A stretch of 64,000 nt of DNA, from the IMG/VR virus record IMGVR_UViG_3300045988_072631. One strand, 5' to 3'. A model generated the notes under the pieces. It searched no databases. It had not been told where the DNA came from and saw only the letters and a program-made list of their open reading frames with translations. The position numbers and the translations under genes are program-made. Numbering within the stretch: position 1 is the first letter of the stretch; each line of letters begins with the position of its first letter. Of this stretch, positions 15,245-24,972 are shown in pieces. The stretch is from a virus.

Positions 15245-15748
15245 ATGTCAAAAACCATTTCAGTATCATTGTCAGAAAAATCATTCCGGGATGCATCAAA
15301 AGAGATTTTGAAGTACAAAAAAGAAATCATTGCGAAGTGCCGGACGTTTGCGGAGCGTCTGGCAGAACGTGGTGTAGAGATTGCTCAAATGAAAATTCAA
15401 AGTCACAACGCAGTTTATACTGGTGAACTGTGGGCGAGCATACAAAAGACTCCTGGAATGGTTTTACAGTATGGCAGCACTTATATCGTCTACACGGATT
15501 GCCCGTGGGCGAAATATGTTGAATTTGGTACTGGTATTACCGGTTCGCATAATCCTCACCCGAATACATCTGTATCCGGTTGGAAATATGATGTTAATGA
15601 GCATGGGGAATCCGGCTGGTTTTACTACAGAGACGGAGAGTGGCACTGGACAAAAGGAATGCCGTCCAGACCGTTCATGTACGAGACCGATCTGGAACTG
15701 ATACTGGAAATTTCAAAGATTGCAAAGGAGGTGTTCGGCAATGGCTAG
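15245..15748 (+). CDS. HK97 gp10-like head-tail protein
   Basis: Size, position and N-terminal pattern. Confidence 0.6.
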   Translation: MSKTISVSLSEKSFRDASKEILKYKKEIIAKCRTFAERLAERGVEIAQMKIQSHNAVYTGELWASIQKTPGMVLQYGSTYIVYTDCPWAKYVEFGTGITGSHNPHPNTSVSGWKYDVNEHGESGWFYYRDGEWHWTKGMPSRPFMYETDLELILEISKIAKEVFGNG

Positions 15749-16139
15749 TGGTAACCAATGGGCATTTGACATTGACACAAATGTGTTTTCAAAAATCTAT
15801 GCTCAGCTTCATGAGAAATATCCAAAAGCTCTTATCACTCGTGATGAGCAGTCGAGCACCACACCTACATTCCCAACGATTCTTATACAGGCATTAGAGC
15901 CGGTAGAACGGAATCCAGATCTGGAAACTCAGATCAATAGCGTGCTGTTTAGCACACAGATCAAGGTAACTACAAACAAAGACAGAAGTACAGCCATGAG
16001 CATAGCAAGCGAAGTGGCAAAGCGTTATAAGGATTTATCGTTTCAGTTGATTGGAATGCCTTATTGTCGGAAAGAAGATAAGCTGTGGGCAGCTACATTC
16101 CGTGCAAGACGAACATTCGATTGGAACGACAGATTATAA
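15741..16139 (+). CDS. tail-completion candidate
   Basis: AAGGAGG RBS, ATG 15741; position upstream of major tail protein. Confidence 0.45.
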   Translation: MASGNQWAFDIDTNVFSKIYAQLHEKYPKALITRDEQSSTTPTFPTILIQALEPVERNPDLETQINSVLFSTQIKVTTNKDRSTAMSIASEVAKRYKDLSFQLIGMPYCRKEDKLWAATFRARRTFDWNDRL

Positions 16140-16188
16140 AGAGCAGCAATGCTCTTATTTTTTTACTTATTTTTAGGAGGTAAGAATT

Positions 16189-16593
16189 ATGGCAACAGGC
16201 TTAAAAAGTAGAATTGCTTATAAGGAGCCGAGTTCCAGTGCAGTAGCAGGTGCTTACTGGGCAGGAACCTACAAGCTGCTTATCAGAGCAAAATCAATTC
16301 CTTCCCCGTTCGGCTCCCAGAACATGGTAGATACTTCCACTCTGGAAGACCTTGTTGAGACTCAAGAGATGGGAAGACGTTCTGCAGGTTCCATGGAAGT
16401 TGAAGGTGCTTTTGAGAAGAAGTACAAAGATGAGATGGTTCAGAATGAGGGCAAGAAGCTCGACTTCATTATCCTGTACGGTACTGACGGAAAAGGTTCT
16501 GAAGGTATTTGCGGATTCATTGGGCAGGAGGCTTTTGCTCCCGGTGAGGCATCCGACGACCATCTGACTGGCACTGCTACGGTTTCCGTATAG
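16189..16593 (+). CDS. major tail protein
   Basis: Strong AGGAGG RBS, position before chaperone/TMP, followed by hairpin terminator. Confidence 0.65.
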   Translation: MATGLKSRIAYKEPSSSAVAGAYWAGTYKLLIRAKSIPSPFGSQNMVDTSTLEDLVETQEMGRRSAGSMEVEGAFEKKYKDEMVQNEGKKLDFIILYGTDGKGSEGICGFIGQEAFAPGEASDDHLTGTATVSV

Positions 16594-16780
16594 ACCGTCC
16601 CGAAGTGGATTGAGGATGACTATGATGTTGCGGTAACAGAGGATGAGAACGGTTATCCGACTGCTATTACACTGACAAAAAAATCATAAGCCAGTCTGCT
16701 AAAAGCAGAAAAGCCGTGGTGACTGGCTACGATGACGAAACGGCTGAGCCGGAAGTTGATATGTGGTAAAGGTGAAATGT

Positions 16781-16809
16781 GGGGCGGTCTACGGACTGCC
16801 CCCTTTCCT
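16781..16809 (+). terminator. hairpin terminator after major tail protein
   Basis: GGGGCGGTC-TACG-GACTGCCCC then CTTTCCT. Confidence 0.45.
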
Positions 16810-16837
16810 ATAACAGATTCATGGAAAGGGAAAAGAA

Positions 16838-17296
16838 ATGAAAGAGATTACAGTTAATGGAAACGACTACAAATTAGAGTTTAGCTTTGAAGCAGCAGAG
16901 AGAAAAGACTTTGTGTCTATGATGTTCCGCATTGTCTCCGGCGCGGCGCTTCTGGAAGATGCGGCTGACATGGAGAATCCGACACCTAAAGATATGATTA
17001 ACGGAACAATCAACATGGTATCTGATATTCCGCACATCTGCCGTACCGGATTTTTTGTCGGTCTGATGGAGAATAACCCGGTACCAGAGACAGAAGCAAA
17101 AGCTCTGATGAAATCATATATGAAAGAGAATAAAATCGGCTATGCAGACCTGTATGAAGACCTGCGTAAATGCATGGAGGAGGACGGTTTTTTCGAGCTG
17201 TCCGGAATCACCAAAATGCTGAGCCAGATGGCAGAGAATCAGAAGCAGAGAAAAGTGCCGCAGGATCACAAGCAGAAATCAACTGGCACAAAATAA
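16838..17296 (+). CDS. tail assembly chaperone (G-like)
   Basis: Position between major tail protein and TMP; overlapping -1 frame ORF. Confidence 0.7.
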   Translation: MKEITVNGNDYKLEFSFEAAERKDFVSMMFRIVSGAALLEDAADMENPTPKDMINGTINMVSDIPHICRTGFFVGLMENNPVPETEAKALMKSYMKENKIGYADLYEDLRKCMEEDGFFELSGITKMLSQMAENQKQRKVPQDHKQKSTGTK

Positions 17297-17652
17297 TCTG
17301 GGAAGAATACTTCCCGGTGGCTTTTTCCATCGGAATTTCAATAGATGAATTTAAGCACCTTAATCCCACGAAACTTGGATATTGTCTGAAAGGCTATGCA
17401 ATCCAGGAACGTAGGAAGGATGCACAGATGTGGGCATGGTTAGGAAATTACGGCTTGTCTGCCGTGGCTACAGCCATTGAGCATAACTTTGCAAAGCATC
17501 CTAAATCCAAATATATTGAAAAACCGATGCTTCAAGATGAAAAAGAAAATACTTCTGGCAACACTGAGTCGAGAGAGGAATGTGCTGTGTATGAAATGAA
17601 GCAGCGAATCAACCTTCTCCGGCAGCAAGGTTTACCAGAAAGTCCTGATTAG
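16838..17652 (+). CDS. tail assembly chaperone GT-like fusion via -1 frameshift
   Basis: ORF 17170-17652 is in the -1 frame relative to 16838 and has no good independent start. Confidence 0.55.
17188..17194 (+). promoter_or_regulatory. candidate -1 frameshift slippery heptamer T_TTT_TTC
   Basis: In-phase X_XXY_YYZ in the G frame; the -1 frame is open from 17170 to 17652. Confidence 0.5.
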
Positions 17653-17664
17653 GAGGAAATTATT

Positions 17665-18378
17665 ATGAGAATTAACGTACATGCCGGACATAACCCGGCA
17701 GGAAAAGTTGCGTGTGGCGCAGTAGGTCTTATTCAGGAGTCTGTAGAGGACAGGAGAGTAAAGGATGAGGTTATCAATCAGCTCCGGCAGCTTGGACATA
17801 CGGTCTATGACTGTACCGTGGATAATGGCACGGGACAGAAAGACGTATTACGGAAAATTGTGCAGAAATGCAGACTGCATGAAGTTGATCTGGATGTATC
17901 CATCCACTTCAACTCCGGTGCGAATGATAAATCAGGTAACGCCAAGACAACCGGAGTCGAGGTACTGGTTTACTCTGCGTCCAGCAAAGCAAAAGTCTAT
18001 GCTGAAAAAGTCTGTGCTGCTATTGCAAGATTAGGTTTCCGGAATCGTGGTGTAAAGGTAAATTCCAGTCTGTATGTGCTGAAAAATACCAAGGCACCTG
18101 CAATGCTGGTTGAGTGCTGCTTCGTGGACGATAAGGACGATGTGAAACTCTATAATCACTATGAGATGGCATCAGCTATCGTTTACGGAATCACCGGCGA
18201 GAAGGTCTCTGCGACCTCTGAAACCGAAAAAGCAGATGCAGGTGAGGAAACTACCACCGGCAATCCAAAAGCTCTTTATCGGGTGCAGGTGGGCGCATAC
18301 GGTGTAAAGGGAAATGCGCAGACAATGGCAGATAAACTGAAAAAGGCCGGTTTTGATGCGGCAATCGTGCAGGCATAA
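17665..18378 (+). CDS. N-acetylmuramoyl-L-alanine amidase (Amidase_3-type) with C-terminal SPOR domain
   Basis: INVHAGHN...IHFNSG...LVECCFVD motifs; C-terminal YRVQVGAY...KLKKAGFDA SPOR-like. Confidence 0.85.
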   Translation: MRINVHAGHNPAGKVACGAVGLIQESVEDRRVKDEVINQLRQLGHTVYDCTVDNGTGQKDVLRKIVQKCRLHEVDLDVSIHFNSGANDKSGNAKTTGVEVLVYSASSKAKVYAEKVCAAIARLGFRNRGVKVNSSLYVLKNTKAPAMLVECCFVDDKDDVKLYNHYEMASAIVYGITGEKVSATSETEKADAGEETTTGNPKALYRVQVGAYGVKGNAQTMADKLKKAGFDAAIVQA

Positions 18379-18395
18379 TTTTAGTCTGATTTTAT

Positions 18396-18430
18396 GGGGC
18401 AGTAGGTGTCAAAGCTTACTGCCCTTTTTT
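18396..18430 (+). terminator. intrinsic terminator after amidase
   Basis: GGGCAGTA/TACTGCCC stem followed by TTTTTT. Confidence 0.65.
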
Positions 18431-18447
18431 GCTTATAACGAGCAACC

Positions 18448-18474
18448 GGACACAGTTTTAGGTGTTCGCTAACC
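18448..18474 (+). promoter_or_regulatory. hairpin-CGCTAACC-A-run element, copy 2 (upstream of TMP)
   Basis: GGACAC-AGTTTTAG-GTGTTC hairpin abutting CGCTAACC then ATCTAAAAA. Confidence 0.45.
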
Positions 18475-18504
18475 ATCTAAAAACTAATGGTGGAGGTGAA
18501 ATAA

Positions 18505-21500
18505 ATGGCAGCAACCACGATTGATGATCTTCAGATCAAGATTGAAGCGGATGCGAAAACTGCTTCTGATAAGCTGGATGCACTTGCTCAAAGCATGGTG
18601 AAACTGGCATCAAGCCTGAGCATCAACGTTGGCAAGATGTCTGGTGTTGCTATTGGACTTAATAGCATTACCAAGGCATCGCAGAATCTCAATTCCAGAA
18701 ACATTACTACGATGTCAACGGCTCTTGGAAAGATAGCAGGTGTGGATTCTGCTCAGATTTCCAGAGTAGCTGGTTCTATGACGCAGCTCAAAAACAGCGT
18801 TTCTGGCGGTTTTAACACCGATATGAGCGGAATAGTGAATGTTGCTGATTCGTTGTCAAAACTGGGCGGTATAAAAGCTACACAGGGCGCGCAAAACCTT
18901 GTGCTCATAAAAGATCAGCTTGCTCAATTTGTGCAGGGAATGAACAGCGTAGGAACATTTACGTTTGACCCAACCGGTCTGACAAACACAATTAAAGCTA
19001 TTGCGAAGCTGGGCGGAAAGACCGCAACGCAGGCAACGGCAAATCTTCCGAGCATTTCTGCTCAATTACAGAATTTTGTCCGGCAGATGAACCAGATCGG
19101 CTCTATGTCGTTTGACAACAAGAATCTGACCGACCTTGTAACGTCCATAGGCAGGCTAGGAAGCGTCGCAAGTGGGCGAGCGGTAAATAATATACCTTTG
19201 CTTGCAAACAACCTTAAATACCTGTTTGAGACGCTCTCAAAAGCACCATACATCAGCCAGAACATTATCCAAATGACCACGGCACTGGCTAATCTGGCAC
19301 GTACAGGAGCATCTAGTGGTACTGCGGCAAGATCACTGGGAACAAGTCTTTTCTCATTCTCAAAATCTGCCGGTAACGCAAGAAAGAGTGCATTTTCTTT
19401 GGCAGGTGCTATCGGCAAGTTTTACGCAACTTACTGGATGGTCATTAGAGGGATTGGACTTTTCCGGGATGCTATTGATATCTCATCCGATTTAACTGAG
19501 GTTGAGAACGTTGTCCGTACCACGTTCGGAAATATGGAGTACAAGGTTAATGACTTTGTGCAAAACTCCATTCAGCAGTTCGGTATGTCCGAGCTTTCCG
19601 TTAAGCAGTATGCCAGTACATTCCAGGCAATGGGGACTGCTATGGATGTCGGTGGAAAACAGATCGAGAACGCAAACAGGTTCTTAAATGGTGCCACAGA
19701 TGGATATATTGGATTGTCAGATTCTATGTCAGATGTGTCTTTGAATCTTACTAAACTGACTGCGGATATGGCATCTTTCTACGACAAAGATCAGGCAGAT
19801 GTAGCCAAAGACCTGCAATCTGTATTCACCGGAATGGTAGTTCCGCTACGTAAATATGGACTTGATCTGACGCAGGCTACTCTGAAAGAGTGGGCAATGA
19901 AGAACGGCATGGATGCTGATATTAAGTCCATGACGCAGGCAGAAAAGGCAATGCTGCGGTATCAGTACGTCCTAGCAAATACCACGGCAGCACAGGGGGA
20001 CTTCGCCAGAACAGCCGATACATGGCATAACACTGTTGTCAGGCTGAAGCAGTCCTTCCAGCAGTTGGGCGGCATTATTGGTGGTGCGCTGATTAACGCA
20101 TTCAAACCGTTTTTACGGACTCTGAATTTTGTTATGCAAAAGGTAATCAGCTTTGCAACAACGGTAACAAATGCCCTTGGTGCAATCTTCGGCTGGAAAT
20201 TTGAAGTGTCCGGCGGTGGTGTAGCTGACGAATGGTCAGATGCGGCAAGTTCGGCTGATGATCTGGCAGACAGTACCGGTAAAGCAGCTGACAATACAAA
20301 GAAGATGAAAACCAATCTTCTGGCTATTGACGAATTAAATGTACTTAACCCGGATGATTCAGATTCCGGTTCCGGCGGTTCTGGTTCCGGTGCAGGTGGC
20401 GCAGGTGGCGGTGCTGGCTCTGGTGGTCTGGTTAAGACAGACACTATCTTTAAGGATTTTCAGAGTAACATTAAAGATTTATACCAGCTTGGACGGTATA
20501 TCAGCGAGGAATTGTCCCGTGCAATGGAAAGTATTGACTGGGATAGCATTTACGAAAAAGCTAGAAACTTCGGAAAAGATCTGGCGGATTTCCTTAATGG
20601 TCTTATCAATCCGAGATTATTTGGAAATATCGGAAAAACCATAGCCGGAGCGCTGAATACAGCTCTGGAATTTTTAAATTCCTTCGGAACAGAATTTGAC
20701 TGGACAAACTTTGGGGAGTCTATTGCTGCTGGAATCAATAAGTTTCTCTCAAACTTTAATTTCAAACTTTTAGCAACTACATTGAATACGTGGGTAAAAG
20801 GATTTGAAAAAGCGTTCGTTGCAGCAATAAAGAAATTCAAATGGTCAAATCTGGTAAATGCCTTTACTGACTTCTTCGGAAATTTAAGGCTTGATACTGC
20901 ATTGCTTTTGTTAATTCCTGCTTCTGGTAAAGTTACAAAAGCTTTCAAAGACCTCAACAATGCAGTAAAACTGGTATCTTCTGGAATTGGTGCTTTCACT
21001 GGTGATGCAGATAGTATTAGCTACCTAGCAACAAAATCCTCTTCCCTTGCATCTGCTGTTAATGTGGCAGGAGATTCTTTCCAGAGATTGATGTTTGGCA
21101 TTCATTACGGAGACTGGGCTGGTGGATTAAATTCAGCCATTACAAACATAAGAGATAATCTCACCGGATTGCAAAAGGGCATTATAGGTGTTACTTCCGT
21201 AGTCGCAGAATTTGCGCTCATCCGTACTGCTTTTTACGATCTTCAGTCTGGAAGTGAAAACTTAGTTTCTTCCATTTCTAAAATTGCAGTAGGAGCAGGT
21301 GCAGCGAGCGCTGCTTTGTATGTTGCATTCGGTCCCGCTGGATTGGCAGTAGCGGCATTTACAGCTTTAGCGGCAGCAATAAGCGGAACAAGTAGAGCTT
21401 TTTCCGAGCAGGAAGATATGACGCTTTACGGTGAAAAGCTGTCTGATATTACAGAGCGGTTAAGAGGAACTGCACAGGCAACTGTAGAAAGAATGCAAGC

Positions 21501-23466
21501 TTCAAAAGAATATGTGGACGAAGTAGGAACAGCAGAAGCTACAATGGCGCAGGATTTGGCTAATCAATATTTTGATCTGGCTGAAAAAGAGAATCTGACA
21601 AACGCAGAAAAGGAAAAAATGAAATCCTTGGCAAGCAGTTTGGTAGATACTCTTCCGGGACTTAGCCAATACTATAACGAGGAGACTGGTCTTCTCAATA
21701 CCACGAGAGAAAGCGTTGAGAACTTAATTCAGTCAAAACTTGAAGATATAAGATTATCGGCAATTCAGGACGAACTTAAAAGTGCATATTCCGAGCAGAT
21801 CACTGCCTACAAGACGATGAAAGAGGCTTTGGATGATGCAAATGCCAGCAAGGAAAAAATGAATGAGTTGCAGGAAAATTTCAATTTAATTCTCGAAAAG
21901 CAAGACCTTGTAGCTCAATACGACCAGCTTTCACAAAAAATTCTTACTTCCACGGATGATACCACTGCCCTTGTTGATGAACAGCAAAGATTGTGGGATG
22001 AAATCACAAATAATGGAGAAGAGACTAACTGGCTAAATTACGATTATCTTTCACAGAAACTTGGTGAAGCGTCAGAAGATCTGAACGGCTTTAAAGGCAA
22101 ATATGAAGAAACTATGCAAACTCTGGCAGATGCTAAAGGGGCATATGATATGGTTGGAAATACCATTTCAGAGCTTACCAGCATGATGACGGATGGCATG
22201 GTTGAGGCTGCTGGTAATTCTATTTCAGGTTATTCTAATACGCTTTCAACCAGCACAGAAGCACAGGAAGCGGCAAGCCAGATGGCGCAAAACGTGTTAG
22301 ATTCATTCGCAGCGGCACAGGATAGCCACAGTCCTTCCAAAAAATTTGCAGCATTAGCAGGTGATTCTGTAGACGGATATGTTGTAGGAACGCAGGAAAA
22401 TGCAAGCAAAATGGAAGATGCCGGGCGCTCTCTTGCTGAAAGTGCCATTCAAAGCTTTAATGATGGAATCCGGAATAATTCTCAAAGTACCATTGATGCA
22501 ATGAATGAATGGATTTACGGCATCACATCCGCTCTTTCACCGGAAGTTTGGACACCGGCATTTACCGGAATGCTTACCGGATTTCAGACGAAATGGAGTG
22601 AACTTACTACATGGTGGTCTGGAACGGCAATGCCATCCTTCTTCTCTGCGAATGTGGCTCCGTGGTTCACGGATGCATTCTGGAATGCCAAAACGAACGG
22701 CATGAAGCTTGGCTTGCAGCAGAAGTGGAATGAATTTGTTACATGGTGGAAATCCAGCATTAACCTTTGGTTTACTGTAAATGTAATGCCATGGTTTACC
22801 GTTGCAAGGTGGACAGAACAGGGCGAGCATTTCAGAAAAGCTCTGAAAGATAAGTGGGATGAATTTTCCGATCAGTGGCATAAAGACCTTAAAACGTGGT
22901 GGAACACAGATGTCACAGTTTGGTTTACCGTTGCTAAATGGAATGCATTCGGAACAAACATGAAAAATGGACTGTACGAAGGATTTAAGGGAATTGTTCA
23001 GATGGTAGGAAATGTAATGAACGGTATGATCGACGTATTCAATGCCGGTCTTTCCAAAATCCAAAAGTCCATGAACAGCCTGATAAGTGACTTCAACAAG
23101 AATGCCGCTGTGATGGGTGTCTCCTCACTTCACAAAGTACATTTTGATAGCATTTCTCATGTTACCATTCCAGCTTATGAAGTCGGAGGTTTCCCGGAAG
23201 ACGGCTTGTTCTTTGCTAATCACAATGAAATGGTTGGTCAGTTCTCGAATGGTAGAACAGCTGTGGCGAACAACGAACAGATTGTTGCCGGAATCCGTGA
23301 GGGCGTTAAGGCTGCGGTTACAGAAGCACTGGCTCCGTATCTGTCAGACATTGCAGATACAAACCGGGAGATTGCAGAAAAGGATGCATCCATAAATGTA
23401 GACGGACGGGAACTGGTTAATGCGATCAATAATCGTATCAGCCGGAATGGTTTCAGTTTCACGTAA
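18505..23466 (+). CDS. tape measure protein
   Basis: 1653 aa, helical/Gly-rich, position after chaperones. Confidence 0.9.
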   Translation: MAATTIDDLQIKIEADAKTASDKLDALAQSMVKLASSLSINVGKMSGVAIGLNSITKASQNLNSRNITTMSTALGKIAGVDSAQISRVAGSMTQLKNSVSGGFNTDMSGIVNVADSLSKLGGIKATQGAQNLVLIKDQLAQFVQGMNSVGTFTFDPTGLTNTIKAIAKLGGKTATQATANLPSISAQLQNFVRQMNQIGSMSFDNKNLTDLVTSIGRLGSVASGRAVNNIPLLANNLKYLFETLSKAPYISQNIIQMTTALANLARTGASSGTAARSLGTSLFSFSKSAGNARKSAFSLAGAIGKFYATYWMVIRGIGLFRDAIDISSDLTEVENVVRTTFGNMEYKVNDFVQNSIQQFGMSELSVKQYASTFQAMGTAMDVGGKQIENANRFLNGATDGYIGLSDSMSDVSLNLTKLTADMASFYDKDQADVAKDLQSVFTGMVVPLRKYGLDLTQATLKEWAMKNGMDADIKSMTQAEKAMLRYQYVLANTTAAQGDFARTADTWHNTVVRLKQSFQQLGGIIGGALINAFKPFLRTLNFVMQKVISFATTVTNALGAIFGWKFEVSGGGVADEWSDAASSADDLADSTGKAADNTKKMKTNLLAIDELNVLNPDDSDSGSGGSGSGAGGAGGGAGSGGLVKTDTIFKDFQSNIKDLYQLGRYISEELSRAMESIDWDSIYEKARNFGKDLADFLNGLINPRLFGNIGKTIAGALNTALEFLNSFGTEFDWTNFGESIAAGINKFLSNFNFKLLATTLNTWVKGFEKAFVAAIKKFKWSNLVNAFTDFFGNLRLDTALLLLIPASGKVTKAFKDLNNAVKLVSSGIGAFTGDADSISYLATKSSSLASAVNVAGDSFQRLMFGIHYGDWAGGLNSAITNIRDNLTGLQKGIIGVTSVVAEFALIRTAFYDLQSGSENLVSSISKIAVGAGAASAALYVAFGPAGLAVAAFTALAAAISGTSRAFSEQEDMTLYGEKLSDITERLRGTAQATVERMQASKEYVDEVGTAEATMAQDLANQYFDLAEKENLTNAEKEKMKSLASSLVDTLPGLSQYYNEETGLLNTTRESVENLIQSKLEDIRLSAIQDELKSAYSEQITAYKTMKEALDDANASKEKMNELQENFNLILEKQDLVAQYDQLSQKILTSTDDTTALVDEQQRLWDEITNNGEETNWLNYDYLSQKLGEASEDLNGFKGKYEETMQTLADAKGAYDMVGNTISELTSMMTDGMVEAAGNSISGYSNTLSTSTEAQEAASQMAQNVLDSFAAAQDSHSPSKKFAALAGDSVDGYVVGTQENASKMEDAGRSLAESAIQSFNDGIRNNSQSTIDAMNEWIYGITSALSPEVWTPAFTGMLTGFQTKWSELTTWWSGTAMPSFFSANVAPWFTDAFWNAKTNGMKLGLQQKWNEFVTWWKSSINLWFTVNVMPWFTVARWTEQGEHFRKALKDKWDEFSDQWHKDLKTWWNTDVTVWFTVAKWNAFGTNMKNGLYEGFKGIVQMVGNVMNGMIDVFNAGLSKIQKSMNSLISDFNKNAAVMGVSSLHKVHFDSISHVTIPAYEVGGFPEDGLFFANHNEMVGQFSNGRTAVANNEQIVAGIREGVKAAVTEALAPYLSDIADTNREIAEKDASINVDGRELVNAINNRISRNGFSFT

Positions 23467-23471
23467 AATTA

Positions 23472-23507
23472 AGGCGGTAGGGTAAAACCTGCCGCCTCTT
23501 TTCTTTT
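23472..23507 (+). terminator. intrinsic terminator after TMP
   Basis: AGGCGGTAGG/CCTGCCGCCT stem followed by CTTTTCTTTT. Confidence 0.7.
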
Positions 23508-23518
23508 GTCTTTTTCCG

Positions 23519-23527
23519 TGGTATAAT
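23519..23527 (+). promoter_or_regulatory. extended -10 promoter TGgTATAAT
   Basis: Read directly, 30 nt upstream of the lipoprotein gene. Confidence 0.4.
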
Positions 23528-23557
23528 CTGGGTATATTTTCATGGGAGGAAAGTTAT

Positions 23558-24190
23558 ATGAAAAGGATAGTTTGCATTGCTTTAGCAGCGGTTATGCTTA
23601 CCGGATGCGGAGGTCAGGAAATGAATTTAGAAAGCGCAAAAGCCGATCTTTCTAAGTTTGAACACCAAAAATCTGATGATAGCATGATTTTAAAAAGCTA
23701 TGATGGTAAATCAAAGGTTTTGTATATTCAGCCAGAATATGAGGTGAATGAGAAAAATTACACCACTGATTTATCAGAATTTGTTCTTGATACAAATAAG
23801 GTAAAATTTTTGATATTGGGTGATGGGATTAAAACCATCAATAATGCTGTATTTAATTTTTCCGATGTTGAAAGCGTATATTTTCCGGAATCAATGGAAG
23901 TAGTGTATGATGCAACACTTAATTATTTACACCCTGATGAAGATGAAAAAATTCAAATATACTATGGTGGAACAGAAGAAGAATGGAATTCAATTTTTAC
24001 AAAATATCAGCGTCAGACAGCAAAAGAAGCACTGGACTCTTCCGATGACCCATATGAACAGGGAGCAGCTCTAGGAGCGTCTATTGCTGATAAATTAAAT
24101 TCTATGATGGGTTCATATAGTGCATCTGACTTTGAATATCACTATTCTGTATCGGAAAGTGACCTAGAAGATATAATAAAAAATTATTAA
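23558..24190 (+). CDS. lipoprotein (moron; BspA-like LRR fragments)
   Basis: Signal peptide with lipobox LTGC; GGGAGG RBS. Confidence 0.7.
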   Translation: MKRIVCIALAAVMLTGCGGQEMNLESAKADLSKFEHQKSDDSMILKSYDGKSKVLYIQPEYEVNEKNYTTDLSEFVLDTNKVKFLILGDGIKTINNAVFNFSDVESVYFPESMEVVYDATLNYLHPDEDEKIQIYYGGTEEEWNSIFTKYQRQTAKEALDSSDDPYEQGAALGASIADKLNSMMGSYSASDFEYHYSVSESDLEDIIKNY

Positions 24191-24204
24191 ACGGAGGAGA
24201 AAAG

Positions 24205-24435
24205 ATGGCAAAAACAATCAAATGTCCTAGCTGGGGATGTGATGGAATTGGAATCCCTGCGGACACAAAGAAAAAATTTTCGTTCGGTAAGGCAATTGTA
24301 GGAAACACAGTTGGATTTGCTTTGGGAGGCCCGGTTGGTGGAATCGTAGGAGCCGCAACAGGAATCGGTGGTAAACGCGGAAAGACCACGTTTGTGTGCT
24401 CAAAGTGCGGTAGAGTTTTTGAAGCAAAGCTGTAA
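24205..24435 (+). CDS. small zinc-ribbon/glycine-zipper protein
   Basis: CPSWGC...CSKCG and GGPVGGIVGAATGIGG. Confidence 0.5.
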   Translation: MAKTIKCPSWGCDGIGIPADTKKKFSFGKAIVGNTVGFALGGPVGGIVGAATGIGGKRGKTTFVCSKCGRVFEAKL

Positions 24436-24447
24436 GGATGGAATGAT

Positions 24448-24702
24448 ATGTACGACAAAGAAAAAGGAATTTATCCGTCTGGAAGCTATTTGGTAGGAAG
24501 AGATTTGCCTCTTGGTCGATATATTTTTAAAGCAAAGAAAGGCGAAACCGGTATGGTAAGTCTTTTTAAAGATTACGAAGATTTTAAAAATAAGAAAAAT
24601 GCAATTGTAGACCAATGGTTTGAAGACGATATACATTTGTCATTGATGGAAGAGAACAACTATCTATTTGTGGAAGAAGCAACAATCAAAAGAAATGCCT
24701 AA
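24448..24702 (+). CDS. hypothetical protein
   Basis: ORF in the same small operon. Confidence 0.45.
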   Translation: MYDKEKGIYPSGSYLVGRDLPLGRYIFKAKKGETGMVSLFKDYEDFKNKKNAIVDQWFEDDIHLSLMEENNYLFVEEATIKRNA

Positions 24703-24706
24703 AAGT

Positions 24707-24736
24707 GGTGCCCTGTTATGGGGCATCATTTTTTTT
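24707..24736 (+). terminator. intrinsic terminator
   Basis: GGTGCCC/GGGCATC stem followed by T8. Confidence 0.65.
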
Positions 24737-24747
24737 GCAAAAAGGTA

Positions 24748-24775
24748 TTGACTTTTGCCGGACAAAATATATAAT
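24748..24775 (+). promoter_or_regulatory. near-consensus sigma70 promoter (-35 TTGACT, 16-nt spacer, -10 TATAAT)
   Basis: Read directly; flanked by direct repeats TGCCGGACAAAA (24756-24767) and TGCCAGACAAAA (24783-24794). Confidence 0.6.
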
Positions 24776-24807
24776 AGAATTATGCCAGACAAAAGTGAGG
24801 TGAGAAT

Positions 24808-24972
24808 ATGAGTCCAAGGACGGGCAGACCAACAGATAACCCAAGACCAAATAAGATTAGTATCCGCATAAGTGATTCCGATAAGCGCATTTTGGAAAAT
24901 TACTGTGAACGTGAAAACGTAAATAAGACAGAAGCAATTAGTCGCGGGATAAAGAAGTTGGAAGAAAAATAA
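24808..24972 (+). CDS. ribbon-helix-helix (CopG/MobC-like) DNA-binding protein, 54 aa
   Basis: KISIRISDSDKRILENYCERENVNKTEAISRGIKKL beta-strand plus two-helix pattern; GAGGTGAG RBS. Confidence 0.65.
   Translation: MSPRTGRPTDNPRPNKISIRISDSDKRILENYCERENVNKTEAISRGIKKLEEK

Noticed and set aside
16591-16593. Genome-wide stop-codon reassignment (TAG or TGA recoding), considered because of 16591 and 38060
   Set aside because: Most genes in the window terminate cleanly at TGA, TAG or TAA with coupled downstream starts. None of the tRNAs I could read has a CUA or UCA anticodon. Only two isolated candidates exist.
19962-20444. 160-aa minus-strand ORF inside the tape measure gene
   Set aside because: It is antisense to the Gly-rich TMP segment, has Pro/Ala low complexity and no start context.
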